Source: an uncultured Candidatus Saccharibacteria bacterium
Lineage (GTDB): Bacteria; Patescibacteriota; Minisyncoccia; Phycocordibacterales; UBA5272
Assembly: GCA_964538815.1 (NCBI GenBank)
Contig: CAZIHL010000002.1
Coordinates: forward strand, 570 to 64,569
Length of the DNA stretch: 64,000 nt
Direction of reading: 5' to 3'
Shown here: in pieces, positions 46,962 to 57,900 of the stretch
Layout of the letters: each line of letters starts with the position of its first letter
Position numbering within the stretch: the stretch's first letter is position 1
Program-made: the position numbers and the translations under genes
Notes under the pieces: model-generated
Told to the model about the DNA's origin: nothing
What the model saw: the letters and a program-made list of their open reading frames with translations, nothing else
The model's database searches: none

Positions 46962-47042
46962 TAATATAATTTAGCACACATTAAACATATTTGCAAGCTT
47001 TGTTAAATTAATGTTAATACTGGTATAATCATTATTACGATT

Positions 47043-48695
47043 ATGCTTCTTACAGACTTACAAAGACTTATTTTAGAAAAAAAAGGATTTGATTTAAATG
47101 ATAATGACAAAATAGAAAAATTTTTAAATCCAAATTGGGAGAGAGATGTTTTTGATGCTAGTAAAATAAAAGATATTGATAAGGGAGTAGAGAGAATTAA
47201 AAAGGCGATAACTAATAATGAAAAAATAGTTATTTATGCTGATTATGATTGTGATGGGATACCCGGAGCAGTAGTTTTAAATGACTTTCTTGAGAAAGTG
47301 GGATATAAAAATTTCTCGATATATATACCACATCGTCACAATGAAGGATATGGCCTAAACAAGAATGCGATTCAAAGGTTTATTGATGAGAAAGTATCTC
47401 TTATGATAACTGTTGACCTAGGTATTACAAATATAGAAGAAATAAATCTCGCTAGAGAAAATGGAATAGACATTATATTAACAGATCATCACTTACCTAT
47501 AATAGACGAAAAAGGAAAACAGATAATACCTCAAGCTTTTGCTGTAATTAATACTAAGCAAGATGAATGCGAATATGAAGAAAAGTTTCTGTGTGGGGCT
47601 TCGACTGCGTGGAAATTAGTGAATGCGTTTTTAAATAAATACAGAAATGAATTTAATGTAGTAAAAGGATGGGAGAAATGGTTACTTGATATGGTTGGGA
47701 TTGCGACTATTGCAGACCTTGTGCCATTAAAAGGTGAAAATAGACTTTTTGCAAAATATGGACTTGAAGTACTCAAAAAAAGTAAAAGACCAGGGCTACA
47801 GAAAATTTTATTTTCTAGTAAAGTGAATCAGAAAAATATAACCGAAGATGATATTGCATTTTATTTAGCGCCTCGCATAAATTCAGCAAGTCGTATAGCA
47901 GAGCCAATACATGCATTTTACGCACTTCTTCAAAATGAAGACTCTGTAAAATTTGCTATGGAGCTTGAGAGATATAACACTGCTCGTAAAGAAGATACAA
48001 AAAGTGCGAATGATAGTTTAGATTATGAAAAATTTAAAAGTGAAAAAATTGTACTCGTTGGAAGCGAAGAATGGACTCCAGGAATAATAGGACTCGTCGC
48101 AAGTAAGATTGTAGAGAGAACTGGTAAAACAACTTTTGTCTGGGGAATAGGTGAAGATAAAAATATTTTAAAGGGGTCAGTGAGAGCGGGAAGTGATGGA
48201 TACAATGTTGTGCATATAATGACAGAAGCAAAAAATATTTTATCCAATTTTGGTGGACATGAGATGGCGGGAGGATTTGCGATTCATAAAAATAATTTAG
48301 AGAGTTTTATAAATTTTTTAAGAGAGTATGGAGAGAAAAATATTTTGGAAAATTTAAACATGCAAGACGAAAATATTTTAGAAGAAAATTTTATAAATTT
48401 AAAAGCTAGTGATATAAGTCGTAAACTTTTTGACGAGGTAAAAATCTTTGCACCTTTTGGAGTGGAAAATGAAAAACCAGTTTTTAGAATAATTTTGAAT
48501 GATGATGAAAAAGTTTTGAGTAAGAGATTTGGAAAAAGTGGAGAACATTTAGAAATTTTAATTGGGAAGGTTAGATGTGTAGAATTTTTTGCAAACAAAG
48601 AAAGAGAGGAAGAGATAATTTCTAAAAAAGAATTTTTGGTAAATGTGGAGTGGGATAATTTTAGGGGGGATGTGATGGTCAGATTGGTAAAATAA
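47043..48695 (+). CDS. recJ: ssDNA-specific exonuclease RecJ
   Basis: DYDCDG, TDHH, TIADLVPL, PRINSASR and GGHEMAGG motifs. Confidence 0.95.
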   Translation: MLLTDLQRLILEKKGFDLNDNDKIEKFLNPNWERDVFDASKIKDIDKGVERIKKAITNNEKIVIYADYDCDGIPGAVVLNDFLEKVGYKNFSIYIPHRHNEGYGLNKNAIQRFIDEKVSLMITVDLGITNIEEINLARENGIDIILTDHHLPIIDEKGKQIIPQAFAVINTKQDECEYEEKFLCGASTAWKLVNAFLNKYRNEFNVVKGWEKWLLDMVGIATIADLVPLKGENRLFAKYGLEVLKKSKRPGLQKILFSSKVNQKNITEDDIAFYLAPRINSASRIAEPIHAFYALLQNEDSVKFAMELERYNTARKEDTKSANDSLDYEKFKSEKIVLVGSEEWTPGIIGLVASKIVERTGKTTFVWGIGEDKNILKGSVRAGSDGYNVVHIMTEAKNILSNFGGHEMAGGFAIHKNNLESFINFLREYGEKNILENLNMQDENILEENFINLKASDISRKLFDEVKIFAPFGVENEKPVFRIILNDDEKVLSKRFGKSGEHLEILIGKVRCVEFFANKEREEEIISKKEFLVNVEWDNFRGDVMVRLVK

Positions 48696-48711
48696 ATGTT
48701 AAAATATTTTT

Positions 48712-49230
48712 ATGAAAATAACTTTTTATACTGATGGAGCAAGCCGTGGAAATCCTGGAAGAGGTGGTTGGGGAGTATATACAGAAATCGAAAGTAGTAA
48801 CGGGCAAAAAAAAGAATTTAAACTTTCTGGTGGAAAATTTTCTACAACAAATAATAGAATGGAATTAACTGCAGCTATACAAGCACTACGATTTTTGAAT
48901 TCTGTAATTTTAAATAAATATTTTGTAGACAAAAAACATCTCGGTAAGGAATTTTTTGTAACTATTAAAACTGACTCTAAATATGTGAAAACTGGTATTG
49001 AGGAATGGATTATAAATTGGGAGAAAAATAATTGGAAAAGTGCAAATAAAAAGCCTGTCCTTAATAAAGATCTTTGGCAAGAGCTTTTGTCCATTAAAAA
49101 TCTTATAAACGACAAACTTGTAAAGGACAATTTTGAAGAAATCAAATGGGAATATGTTAAAGGACATTTTGGTATAACAGGAAATGAAATAGCGGATTCT
49201 TTAGCTACAAAAGCAATAGACAACATATAA
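48712..49230 (+). CDS. rnhA: Ribonuclease HI
   Basis: YTDGASRGNPG, TNNRMEL, TDSKYV and KGH..GNE.AD motifs. Confidence 0.95.
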   Translation: MKITFYTDGASRGNPGRGGWGVYTEIESSNGQKKEFKLSGGKFSTTNNRMELTAAIQALRFLNSVILNKYFVDKKHLGKEFFVTIKTDSKYVKTGIEEWIINWEKNNWKSANKKPVLNKDLWQELLSIKNLINDKLVKDNFEEIKWEYVKGHFGITGNEIADSLATKAIDNI

Positions 49231-49289
49231 ATATAATATAGTATTGAAATATTTTATTAAAAGTGGTATATTTTTATAAATTGTAATAA

Positions 49290-49565
49290 ATGGAAGTGTA
49301 TAAAAAAATAAGAATGACACTATATGAAGGAGAAATTTCTTTAAAAAATACCTTTCTATATTTTCAAAAAGAAGATTGGGACGATCTTTTGTCAGTAATG
49401 AGTTCAGATAAAAGATTCTTAGAAAAATATTTAAAAGGAAAAAAAATAGAAGAATTAATAAATAATTCTAAAAATTATAATGATCTTGAAAAATTAGTTC
49501 AAGATTTTATAAGAGAAAGATATTTTAAAAAATTGACACTTAAAATTAATTTTATAGTTACCTAA
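49290..49565 (+). CDS. Small hypothetical protein
   Basis: 91-aa ORF with an upstream -10 element and a downstream hairpin. Confidence 0.45.
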   Translation: MEVYKKIRMTLYEGEISLKNTFLYFQKEDWDDLLSVMSSDKRFLEKYLKGKKIEELINNSKNYNDLEKLVQDFIRERYFKKLTLKINFIVT

Positions 49566-49671
49566 AACGGTAACTATTTTTATATACTTTTTAAAATTTT
49601 TCATTTTTTTTATTATTTATAATAATTATAAATATATTTCTATACGAAATCTAGCATGATAAAATATTCTT

Positions 49672-51213
49672 ATGAAACATTTTTATCTTATAGTTACTTA
49701 TGTAGGATTATTTTTAGGTATTTGTTTCGCCCTCGGATCAGATTTCTCTTCACAGTTATTTGTTGTTTCATCTGTTTTGAGTCTTATAAACTTTTTTATT
49801 TATAAATTTTCTAGAAGAAAAATCGGCGGCACTAAAAGTGAAACACCGATTTTTCTTTTTATCTTATTTATTTTTTTGTCTACTGGAATCTTATTTGGAC
49901 AAAATAATGTTTCAAAAAATATTTCACAAAAAAATGATTTTAATAATTTTATTTCACAAAACACATCATATAGCGGAATAATTTATAAAATTAAAAATAC
50001 TGAAAATTCACAGCAGTTATTTGTGAAACTTTATACAGAAGATCAAAATAACACTTTTAATATAAAAATCATTACTCAAAAATTTCTAAAATACAAAGTT
50101 GGGGATACTTTGTCCTTTACAGGAAAGATATCTGAAGGAAATGTCCTTTTGCCAGAAGTTGAGAATGAGCTAAATAAATCTTTTGACCTTAATCAATACG
50201 ATAACTTACAAGGAGTAAATGCTGAAGTGGTTTTCCCTAAAATTGAAGTCATGGGAAATGAAAAAAATATTTTTTCAAAATTTAAAAATCTTAAAAATAA
50301 ATTTGTAATAGCTTTGGATGAATTTGCACCTCGAAGTGTGGCTGCACTTTCTGCGGGTACAACTCTCGGGGACGCATCACTTTTTTCTAAAATCGATATT
50401 GATAATTTTCGCGGTAGCGGACTTTCTCATATTATAGTTTTGTCTGGGTTCAACATCACTGTGCTGGCCATATTTTTTGGAATGATATTTTTGCGTCTTC
50501 GCATAAGACTTTATTTTAGAGTTTTGCTTACAATTTTGTCTATCATTCTTTTTATAATTTTTGTGGGAGCGGAACCATCAATACTAAGAGCTGGTATCAT
50601 GGGTAGTATGCTGCTAATCGCTACGACTTTTGGGCGGCAATATGTTGCTAAACAATTTTTATTTTTAGCAGCAATCATTATGATTATAATAAATCCAAAA
50701 ATTGCACTTTATGATATTTCTTTTCATCTCTCATTTTTAGCAACAGCCGCAATTTTGTATATAGCACCAATCTTAGAAAATTATAAATTTTTCCAAAAAG
50801 AAAATAAAAATAGATTTACAAAAAATATTTTTGAAATTTTGAGAATAACTTTGGCTGTACAAATTTTAGTGACACCATACATTATGTTCACTTTTGGGAA
50901 AGTTTCGCTTTTTGGAATTTTTGCAAATATTTTAGTCGTGCCATTTGTGCCGATTGTGATGTTACTCGGAGTATTCATAATTTTATTTTCATTTTTATTT
51001 TCACCTCTTGCAATTTTCTTTTCTTATATCTCTTTAATTTTTACTAAATATATTTTTTGGGTAGCAGAACAATTTTCTAAAATTTATATTTCAAATGTTG
51101 AATCTCACATTTCACTTCTTTCTATGATTTTGATTTATATAATAATTTTATTTTTAATTTATTTTGAAAAGAAAAGAATTAGAATTAAAAAATATTTAGC
51201 CAAAGAAAATTAG
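49672..51213 (+). CDS. comEC: ComEC/Rec2 competence channel (membrane part)
   Basis: GLSHIIVLSGFNI, PSILRA and SFHLSFLA motifs. Confidence 0.92.
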   Translation: MKHFYLIVTYVGLFLGICFALGSDFSSQLFVVSSVLSLINFFIYKFSRRKIGGTKSETPIFLFILFIFLSTGILFGQNNVSKNISQKNDFNNFISQNTSYSGIIYKIKNTENSQQLFVKLYTEDQNNTFNIKIITQKFLKYKVGDTLSFTGKISEGNVLLPEVENELNKSFDLNQYDNLQGVNAEVVFPKIEVMGNEKNIFSKFKNLKNKFVIALDEFAPRSVAALSAGTTLGDASLFSKIDIDNFRGSGLSHIIVLSGFNITVLAIFFGMIFLRLRIRLYFRVLLTILSIILFIIFVGAEPSILRAGIMGSMLLIATTFGRQYVAKQFLFLAAIIMIIINPKIALYDISFHLSFLATAAILYIAPILENYKFFQKENKNRFTKNIFEILRITLAVQILVTPYIMFTFGKVSLFGIFANILVVPFVPIVMLLGVFIILFSFLFSPLAIFFSYISLIFTKYIFWVAEQFSKIYISNVESHISLLSMILIYIIILFLIYFEKKRIRIKKYLAKEN

Positions 51214-51215
51214 AT

Positions 51216-52193
51216 ATGAAAGAAAATCTTTTAAAAATAAAAAATAGAATATTTCTCTTTTTTAAAAATTATGGAAGGATTTTATTTTTAATATTAGCTG
51301 TAATTTTATTTTTCTCTACAATTTATTTTTATCAAAATTTTGCATCTCTGAAAAAGTTAATTGTCCGATTTTTAGACATCGGACAAGGTGATAGTATTTT
51401 GATAGAAATGCCAAGCCGAGAAAATATTTTAATAGATGCTGGACCAAGTGATGCTGTAATTAATAAACTTGAAAAGTATTTATCTGTCTTTAATAAAAAA
51501 ATAGATTTAGTTATTTTTACTCATTCAGACGCAGATCATATAACTGGCTTTTATTATATTTTGCAAAAATATAATGTTGCAAAAATTATACAAAATGGTG
51601 ACAACAATAAAGAAAGTGAGGTATATAAAGAAGTAGGAAATAAAATAGAAAAGGAAGTAGAGAAAATTAGCGCAGAAAAAATTACTGCAAATTGTGGCGA
51701 TAAAATAACTTTTGAAGGAAGTATTGAAAATAATCCTACTATTTATATTCTTCACCCAATAAAAAATGAATTAGTTATAAATGATAGCAATGATAATTCT
51801 ATAGTAGCATTACTAATATATGGAAATTACAGTTTTCTTTTCATGGGAGATGCCAGTAAAGATGTAGAGCGAAAATTATTTTTTGATATAGAAAGATGTT
51901 TCAGGGAAAAAGATAAAAACATTATTGAAAGTGCTTTAAAAAAAATAACAGTATTAAAAGCTTCACATCACGGCTCAAATACGGGAAGTGGTGAAGAATT
52001 TTTAAAGAAAATAAAGCCAGAATATAGTGTTGTAAGTGCCGGCAAAGATAATAGATACGGACATCCTGCAAAAGAAACGATAGAAATATTAAATAAATAT
52101 AGTAAAAATATTTTATCTACTATAGATAATGGAGACATTTCTTTTTTAACCAACGGAAAAGATTTTGAAGTAAAATTAGAAAAAGTAAAATAA
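51216..52193 (+). CDS. ComEC-associated metallo-beta-lactamase-fold nuclease (split domain)
   Basis: DIGQGDS, THSDADHITG, SHHGS and NRYGHP motifs. Confidence 0.9.
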   Translation: MKENLLKIKNRIFLFFKNYGRILFLILAVILFFSTIYFYQNFASLKKLIVRFLDIGQGDSILIEMPSRENILIDAGPSDAVINKLEKYLSVFNKKIDLVIFTHSDADHITGFYYILQKYNVAKIIQNGDNNKESEVYKEVGNKIEKEVEKISAEKITANCGDKITFEGSIENNPTIYILHPIKNELVINDSNDNSIVALLIYGNYSFLFMGDASKDVERKLFFDIERCFREKDKNIIESALKKITVLKASHHGSNTGSGEEFLKKIKPEYSVVSAGKDNRYGHPAKETIEILNKYSKNILSTIDNGDISFLTNGKDFEVKLEKVK

Positions 52194-52266
52194 TTTGGAA
52201 ATAGAAATAAGATGTGATATCTTTTAAGAATTAATTTGTTCTTTTAACCATTTAAATTTGATAAAA

Positions 52267-52590
52267 ATGACCAGCTTGCTTACATTTGTGTCTGATATAG
52301 AAGATATAAGAATCATATCATTTAATGAAGATTTGAGTGTGGAAACTCAAAATGCTTTCAGAGATGCTCTTTTGACGCATAATTTATGTCTATATTTTGA
52401 TATAGAAAATGTTTTGAGGTCTAAAAATACTTTTGAAAATATAAAAAATAGAGCCTTTTCCTTATTAATAGAGGAAAAAGATATTAAAAAAGTAAAAAAG
52501 ACTTTAGAATATATTATTAAAAAATCAGAGCAGAATCATTCCTTATTTAAAAGATGTGAAAAGTATTTAGCTTTATTTCAAAGTTCTTAA
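52267..52590 (+). CDS. Orphan hypothetical protein
   Basis: ORF with an upstream promoter-like sequence and a downstream bidirectional terminator. Confidence 0.45.
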   Translation: MTSLLTFVSDIEDIRIISFNEDLSVETQNAFRDALLTHNLCLYFDIENVLRSKNTFENIKNRAFSLLIEEKDIKKVKKTLEYIIKKSEQNHSLFKRCEKYLALFQSS

Positions 52591-52622
52591 TAAAATCCCA
52601 GAGTTTATAGCTCTGGGATTTT

Positions 52623-52826
52623 TTACGCTTTCACCTCAAGATGTACTCCTCTTTTTATACAACTAGTACAAATCTTTATTCTTGGACCATTTGGTATTCT
52701 TGCCCACTGTAGATTAGGGTATTTTCTTCTTTTTCCTGCTGGATTAAACTTTGTAGCACGAACAGAGTTGGAGTATTTACCAACAACTTTAGTTCCTTTC
52801 AAGCATGATAGGCAGATATTTGACAT
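52623..52826 (-). CDS. rpmB: 50S ribosomal protein bL28 (Zn-ribbon type)
   Basis: CxxC ... KRRKYPNLQ ... ICTSCIK. Confidence 0.9.
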   Translation of the reverse strand: MSNICLSCLKGTKVVGKYSNSVRATKFNPAGKRRKYPNLQWARIPNGPRIKICTSCIKRGVHLEVKA

Positions 52827-52942
52827 AAGTTTGTTTTCTTAAAATATTTATTAATATTATCATAAAATCTATTTTTTCACAAGTTTTCTTTAAGTTCAGC
52901 TTTTATTTTAAAGGTCTATTTGATATAATGGGTTTAATTTAT

Positions 52943-53653
52943 ATGTTTTCCCCTATTTTATTTATTTTTTTTATAATAATTTTATTTTATTCTATTATAT
53001 TTCATGAAATTGCTCATGGATATGCTGCATATAGAAATGGAGATAATACTGCTTTAAATGCTGGAAGATTAACTTTAAATCCAGTTTCACATATTGATTT
53101 TATTGGATCTATTATAGTACCCATATTCTCATATTTTATTTTTAATTATCCATTTGGTTGGGCAAAACCTGTACCATATAATCCAAATAATATAAAACAT
53201 AAAAAATATGCTGAATTAGAAGTGTCTTCTGCTGGTATAATGGTTAATTTTTTTATAGCATTTTTAGCGGTGATTTTATTTTATATTTTCAGATATTTTG
53301 GTATTTTAAATACAAATATTACTTATATATTTCAATTAATTACCTCTATAAATTTATTTTTAGCACTATTTAATCTTTTACCATTTCCTCCAGCCGATGG
53401 TTTTTCTATATTTACTGAATTATTTTCACATTTAAAAAGTTTTATTCTTAAAATTAAGTTTTTTTTTGAATCTAAAAAAGAATATAAGATAGCTTATATT
53501 GAAGAAAATAAATCAAGAAACAATATGTTTCGTATAAAATCTTTGTTTTCTAGTCCCATTATGATGATAATCATTATATTTTTAGCGGTAAATGTATTTC
53601 AAATGATAGCTCCTTACATATTGTCTTTTATAAATTATATATATTCTTTTTAG
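52943..53653 (+). CDS. Site-2 protease (M50 family)
   Basis: HEIAH, GWAKPVP and NLLPFPPADG motifs. Confidence 0.92.
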   Translation: MFSPILFIFFIIILFYSIIFHEIAHGYAAYRNGDNTALNAGRLTLNPVSHIDFIGSIIVPIFSYFIFNYPFGWAKPVPYNPNNIKHKKYAELEVSSAGIMVNFFIAFLAVILFYIFRYFGILNTNITYIFQLITSINLFLALFNLLPFPPADGFSIFTELFSHLKSFILKIKFFFESKKEYKIAYIEENKSRNNMFRIKSLFSSPIMMIIIIFLAVNVFQMIAPYILSFINYIYSF

Positions 53654-53668
53654 ATATATTTTATATTA

Positions 53669-53778
53669 TATAAGACAAAGTTATCCACAATAACTTTTAT
53701 ATAAAATATTGTCCTTTATAAAATGTCGTTTATAATATAAATATATAAGACATTGGGTCAGCATTTTGCTGGTCTTTT
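53669..53778 (+). repeat. 110-bp duplicated upstream region, copy 1 (DnaA box, TGTCNTTT motifs, hairpin)
   Basis: Matches 54395-54504 with 3 substitutions; TTATCCACA at 53681. Confidence 0.9.
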
Positions 53779-53790
53779 TGTTTTATAACT

Positions 53791-54342
53791 ATGTATAAAA
53801 ATATGATTTTTTTTAAAAAAATATTAATATCAATATTAACTATTTTAATATATTTTGTTGGAATAAGATATTCTTTTGGACAAACTGGTTATTCTATAGA
53901 TTCTTTTGCTCCAATACAAATGGATATACCTTGTATAGATGCTAAATATGATCTTAAGTTAGGTTCAAGAGATTATGCGCTATTTGGAAATGTTATGAAA
54001 TTACAATTATTTTTATACCAAAATGAAATGATGTATTATCCGCCAACTGGATATTTTGGACCAATAACACAAAATGCGTTGATAAAGTATCAAATAGCAA
54101 GAAAATTAAATACTACAGGAATATTTGATATAAATACAAGAAATATCTTAGCCCAGGAAACTTGTGGAGTTGGTAATTTTAATTTAAATGATTATTCAAT
54201 TCAAACTAATACCAATACTGGTAATGTTATAAATATTGATAATATATTTAATTCAAATACTAATAGTCAAAGCAATAATCAGGTCCAAAATTCAAATAAT
54301 TCTAATATGCAAAACGTATCAAGTGATATATTTTCAAATTAA
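53791..54342 (+). CDS. Secreted peptidoglycan-binding-domain protein
   Basis: LQLFL...PTGYFGPITQNALIKYQ...TG motif (PG_binding_1-like). Confidence 0.8.
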   Translation: MYKNMIFFKKILISILTILIYFVGIRYSFGQTGYSIDSFAPIQMDIPCIDAKYDLKLGSRDYALFGNVMKLQLFLYQNEMMYYPPTGYFGPITQNALIKYQIARKLNTTGIFDINTRNILAQETCGVGNFNLNDYSIQTNTNTGNVINIDNIFNSNTNSQSNNQVQNSNNSNMQNVSSDIFSN

Positions 54343-54394
54343 TTTATATTATTTTAGATAAAAGACACTCTATAATATAGAGTGTCTTTTATCG

Positions 54395-54504
54395 TATAAG
54401 ACAAAGTTATCCACAATAACTTTTATATAAAGTATTGTCCTTTATAAAATGTCGTTTATAATATAAGTATATAAGACATTGGGTCAGCATTTTGCTGATC
54501 TTTT
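54395..54504 (+). repeat. 110-bp duplicated upstream region, copy 2
   Basis: TTATCCACA at 54407; near-identical to 53669-53778. Confidence 0.9.
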
Positions 54505-54537
54505 GTGTTTATATGCTGTTTTAAGTATACATTTATT

Positions 54538-54951
54538 ATGAATAATAAAAAGATAAAAATTTTTTTAGAAGAAAACAGGTTACCTTTATCTGGAAATCTT
54601 TATATAAAAAATAAAAGAAGAATAAATTTAAATAGATTTTTTAAATTTAGTCTTTTAACAATATCTTTTATATTTATAGTATTTATATCTATATATGCTT
54701 TTTTTTTAAAAAACAAAACAAATGCAGAATCTATAAATCAAACAACTATTTTAAATCAACTTTCAAAAAATATAATTTTGCCAAAAGAAGAAATTATAAA
54801 CATTATGAGAATATCTAATGCAAAAGAACTTTCTTCACAAGATAAATTTTATGAAAATATTGAAAATGGTGATTATATTTTAATTTTTAAAAATATGTCT
54901 ATGATTTATGATTTTGATAAAAACCTTATTAAAAATATAAAAACTTATTAA
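54538..54951 (+). CDS. Single-TM hypothetical protein
   Basis: TM helix followed by FYENIENGDYILIF...IYD. Confidence 0.6.
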   Translation: MNNKKIKIFLEENRLPLSGNLYIKNKRRINLNRFFKFSLLTISFIFIVFISIYAFFLKNKTNAESINQTTILNQLSKNIILPKEEIINIMRISNAKELSSQDKFYENIENGDYILIFKNMSMIYDFDKNLIKNIKTY

Positions 54952-54964
54952 TTTATCAAAAAAT

Positions 54965-57900
54965 ATGAAAAAAATATTATTCATACTAACAATCATTCTT
55001 TCTTTCTCTTTCATATCAGTAAATGCTCAATCTTGCTATAAATACACATCTCCAATGAGTGTTGGAAGTAAAGACTCTACTACAAATGGAGAAGTTTCAA
55101 AATTGCAAGCATATCTATATGACCTCGGTTATTTAAATGTAAAACCAACAGGATATTTTGGCGAATTAACAAAAGCTGCCGTTATAAAATATCAGCAAAG
55201 TAGAGGTATAGATCCAGTAGGGTCAGCAGGACCTATTACAAGATTATCTTTGTCAAATGAATGTAATACAGCAAATAATAATAATAATAATAATAATAAT
55301 TATTATGCTGGAAATTATAATTTAAGTAACAATAAAGATGTTTTAAATAATGCAAGTAATCAAACCGGCACACAATCTCAAGTGCAAGTTACTTTTTATT
55401 CATTAGATGAAAATGTAACTTTAAAAGTTCCACTAGGATCAATTTTAAATCTACCAAGCTTACCTACTAGAAGTAAATTCTCTTCATATGTATTCGTTGG
55501 TTGGTATGTTGATCAATCATATACTACAGCATATAGCAATCAACCAATTGTTAATAATACAAATCTTTATGCAAAATGGGTAAAGAATTGTTCTACAAAT
55601 GGAGTCGTGTATCCAAATGATTGTGATAGTACAAATATTGCAAGCAGTACAGCAAATAAGACAGAAGTGGTTTCTACAAAAGTATGTATTATAAACGGTA
55701 TTTCTATAACAGTAGCTTCTAATATTAATTGCGATACTTTAAAAACAAATGCAAATAATATGGCGACTTCAACAGCAACTTCAACAGCAAATAAAGATAA
55801 TTCAAATAATAGTGGCGGAATTTATAAATATCCAAATAGTAATGTTACAGGAGTGATTAAGTATTGTATAATATATAGAAATATTAATAAATACGCACCA
55901 GTTGGTAATGCTAAAGGACAGACTTATGCGTATAAACTACCACAAGTAATAGCTTATGTAGATTTAGGAGGTATGGATTGTGCAGAAGGAGTGTCTTTTA
56001 ATTATATTGATAAAGCTTTTGTAAAAGTAGAGCCATACACACAATCAAAAGTATATAAATGTTCAATAAATAATAATAATATTCTGCCTTATTACACTAG
56101 CATAGAAACTGGATGTCGCGAAATTCTAGATGATATTGCTGGAGTCCCAAACTGGAAAGCTACTGAAAAAATTGTAGATGTTTCAGAGACCACTTCTTTT
56201 TTTAATGAAGATAAAGAAAACAACATCCCTTCAGCTGGGCTACCCCCAGTTTGGTATAATGACGAAAATCATTATAAAGATGTACTTAATTGGCCTGGAG
56301 TTAAAAAATGTACTGCTGGTATATGGACTATCAAATGGCCAAGTAATTTAGATTGTCCGATAGGTTATGATGTGCGTAATAATTTACCAGGAGGCGCGAC
56401 AAATGAAAATAACGGCATGTCACATATATATTCAGATATGAATGAAAAATCTACAGAGAAAAAACTTCTTGATGATGGTATTGTGAATATTGTAAAAAAT
56501 GGAGAATATCCTTTCACTTATCATGGAGTTGCCTTAGAGACTGAAATGGTTAAATACACTGCAAGATATTGTATATGGGGTAATATATTGTATTATGCTA
56601 AAATTGATAGAGAATATTCATCAAAATGTCCTAAACCTGACTCAACAAATAATTGGACTATAAATTTCCAAAAAGATTTATTCCCTAAATATTATGGAAA
56701 ACTTTATAATGGAGATTCTATAGATTATTGGCGTAATCCTATTAAAATTGAGAAAGCTAATCCAATACCATTAGAAGATAAATATTTACCTATAGAAATA
56801 TTCTATAACACTACTACAGAATTAAATTTTTCAAAGTACTCTTTAGATGGATATTATTTTGACGGTGTATATAGTGATTTTACTTACAAAAACTTAGTAT
56901 CAGATACAAAAATAGTAGCACCTGATGGAGTTAATAATTTGATAAATTATGTCAAATGGTCTAAAGTTTGTCCTAATGGTAAAAAAATAATCTGGCCAAA
57001 TACATGTAATTATGTTGAGAAGAATAGTCATTATGGTATTTATGCAGTAAATGACAGCAATATAAATGGAAGTATGATACCGCTTATGATGTGGAACATA
57101 CAAAATCCTATATCAGATAATTGGCTTAAACAAGCAAACAGAATCCCTCATGAGTTTGCTGGAGCATTTTCAGATAAAGAATATAAAAACAAAATAGCTT
57201 TATCAGGGGCCACTTACTTAACATCAGATATGTATCTTAAATGGACTTTAAATTGTTCTGACGGAAGTACAGTTGTATATCCTGATTATTGTCCTGCTAA
57301 TACTAAAATAGCCACATCAACATATACTATTAATTTTAATTACAGATCTAAAGGAGAAAATAGAAAAGTATTAATACCTACTAATGCACCTTTGACTTTG
57401 TCTATAGATATGCCAAAAGATGAATTTGTAAGTCATAAAACAAGAGCTTGGCTTGTAAATTTAGATAAACAGAAGAAATTTATAGGAGATAAAAGTCCAA
57501 AAGGATATGTTATTGATAAATGGTCTTATGAAAGTGTTTCTATGACCACAGATGGTTTCAATCCAAAAATAACTAAAATAGATGTTAAGATTTCAGAGAA
57601 TTATGAACCTGGGAAATATGTAATAATGTTCTGTACTCCTGAGCAGCCAGTAGCTTGTCTTGATTATAACGAAAAAGATGGTGTGTCAGATGTTTTTGAA
57701 TTAGTAACTTCATTATCTGGAGTAGGATCAGGGCAACAAGGATCAGTACTCGGAGTATCCACATATCAATTTTCTGATGAATTAAAGAAAGGAGATAAAG
57801 GAGAAGAAGTGTTAAAATTGCAAAAAATATTAATTTCTTTTGGTGAAAATATTGAAGCAACAGGGTATTTTGGAAAAAAAACAAAAGAGGCACTTAAAAG

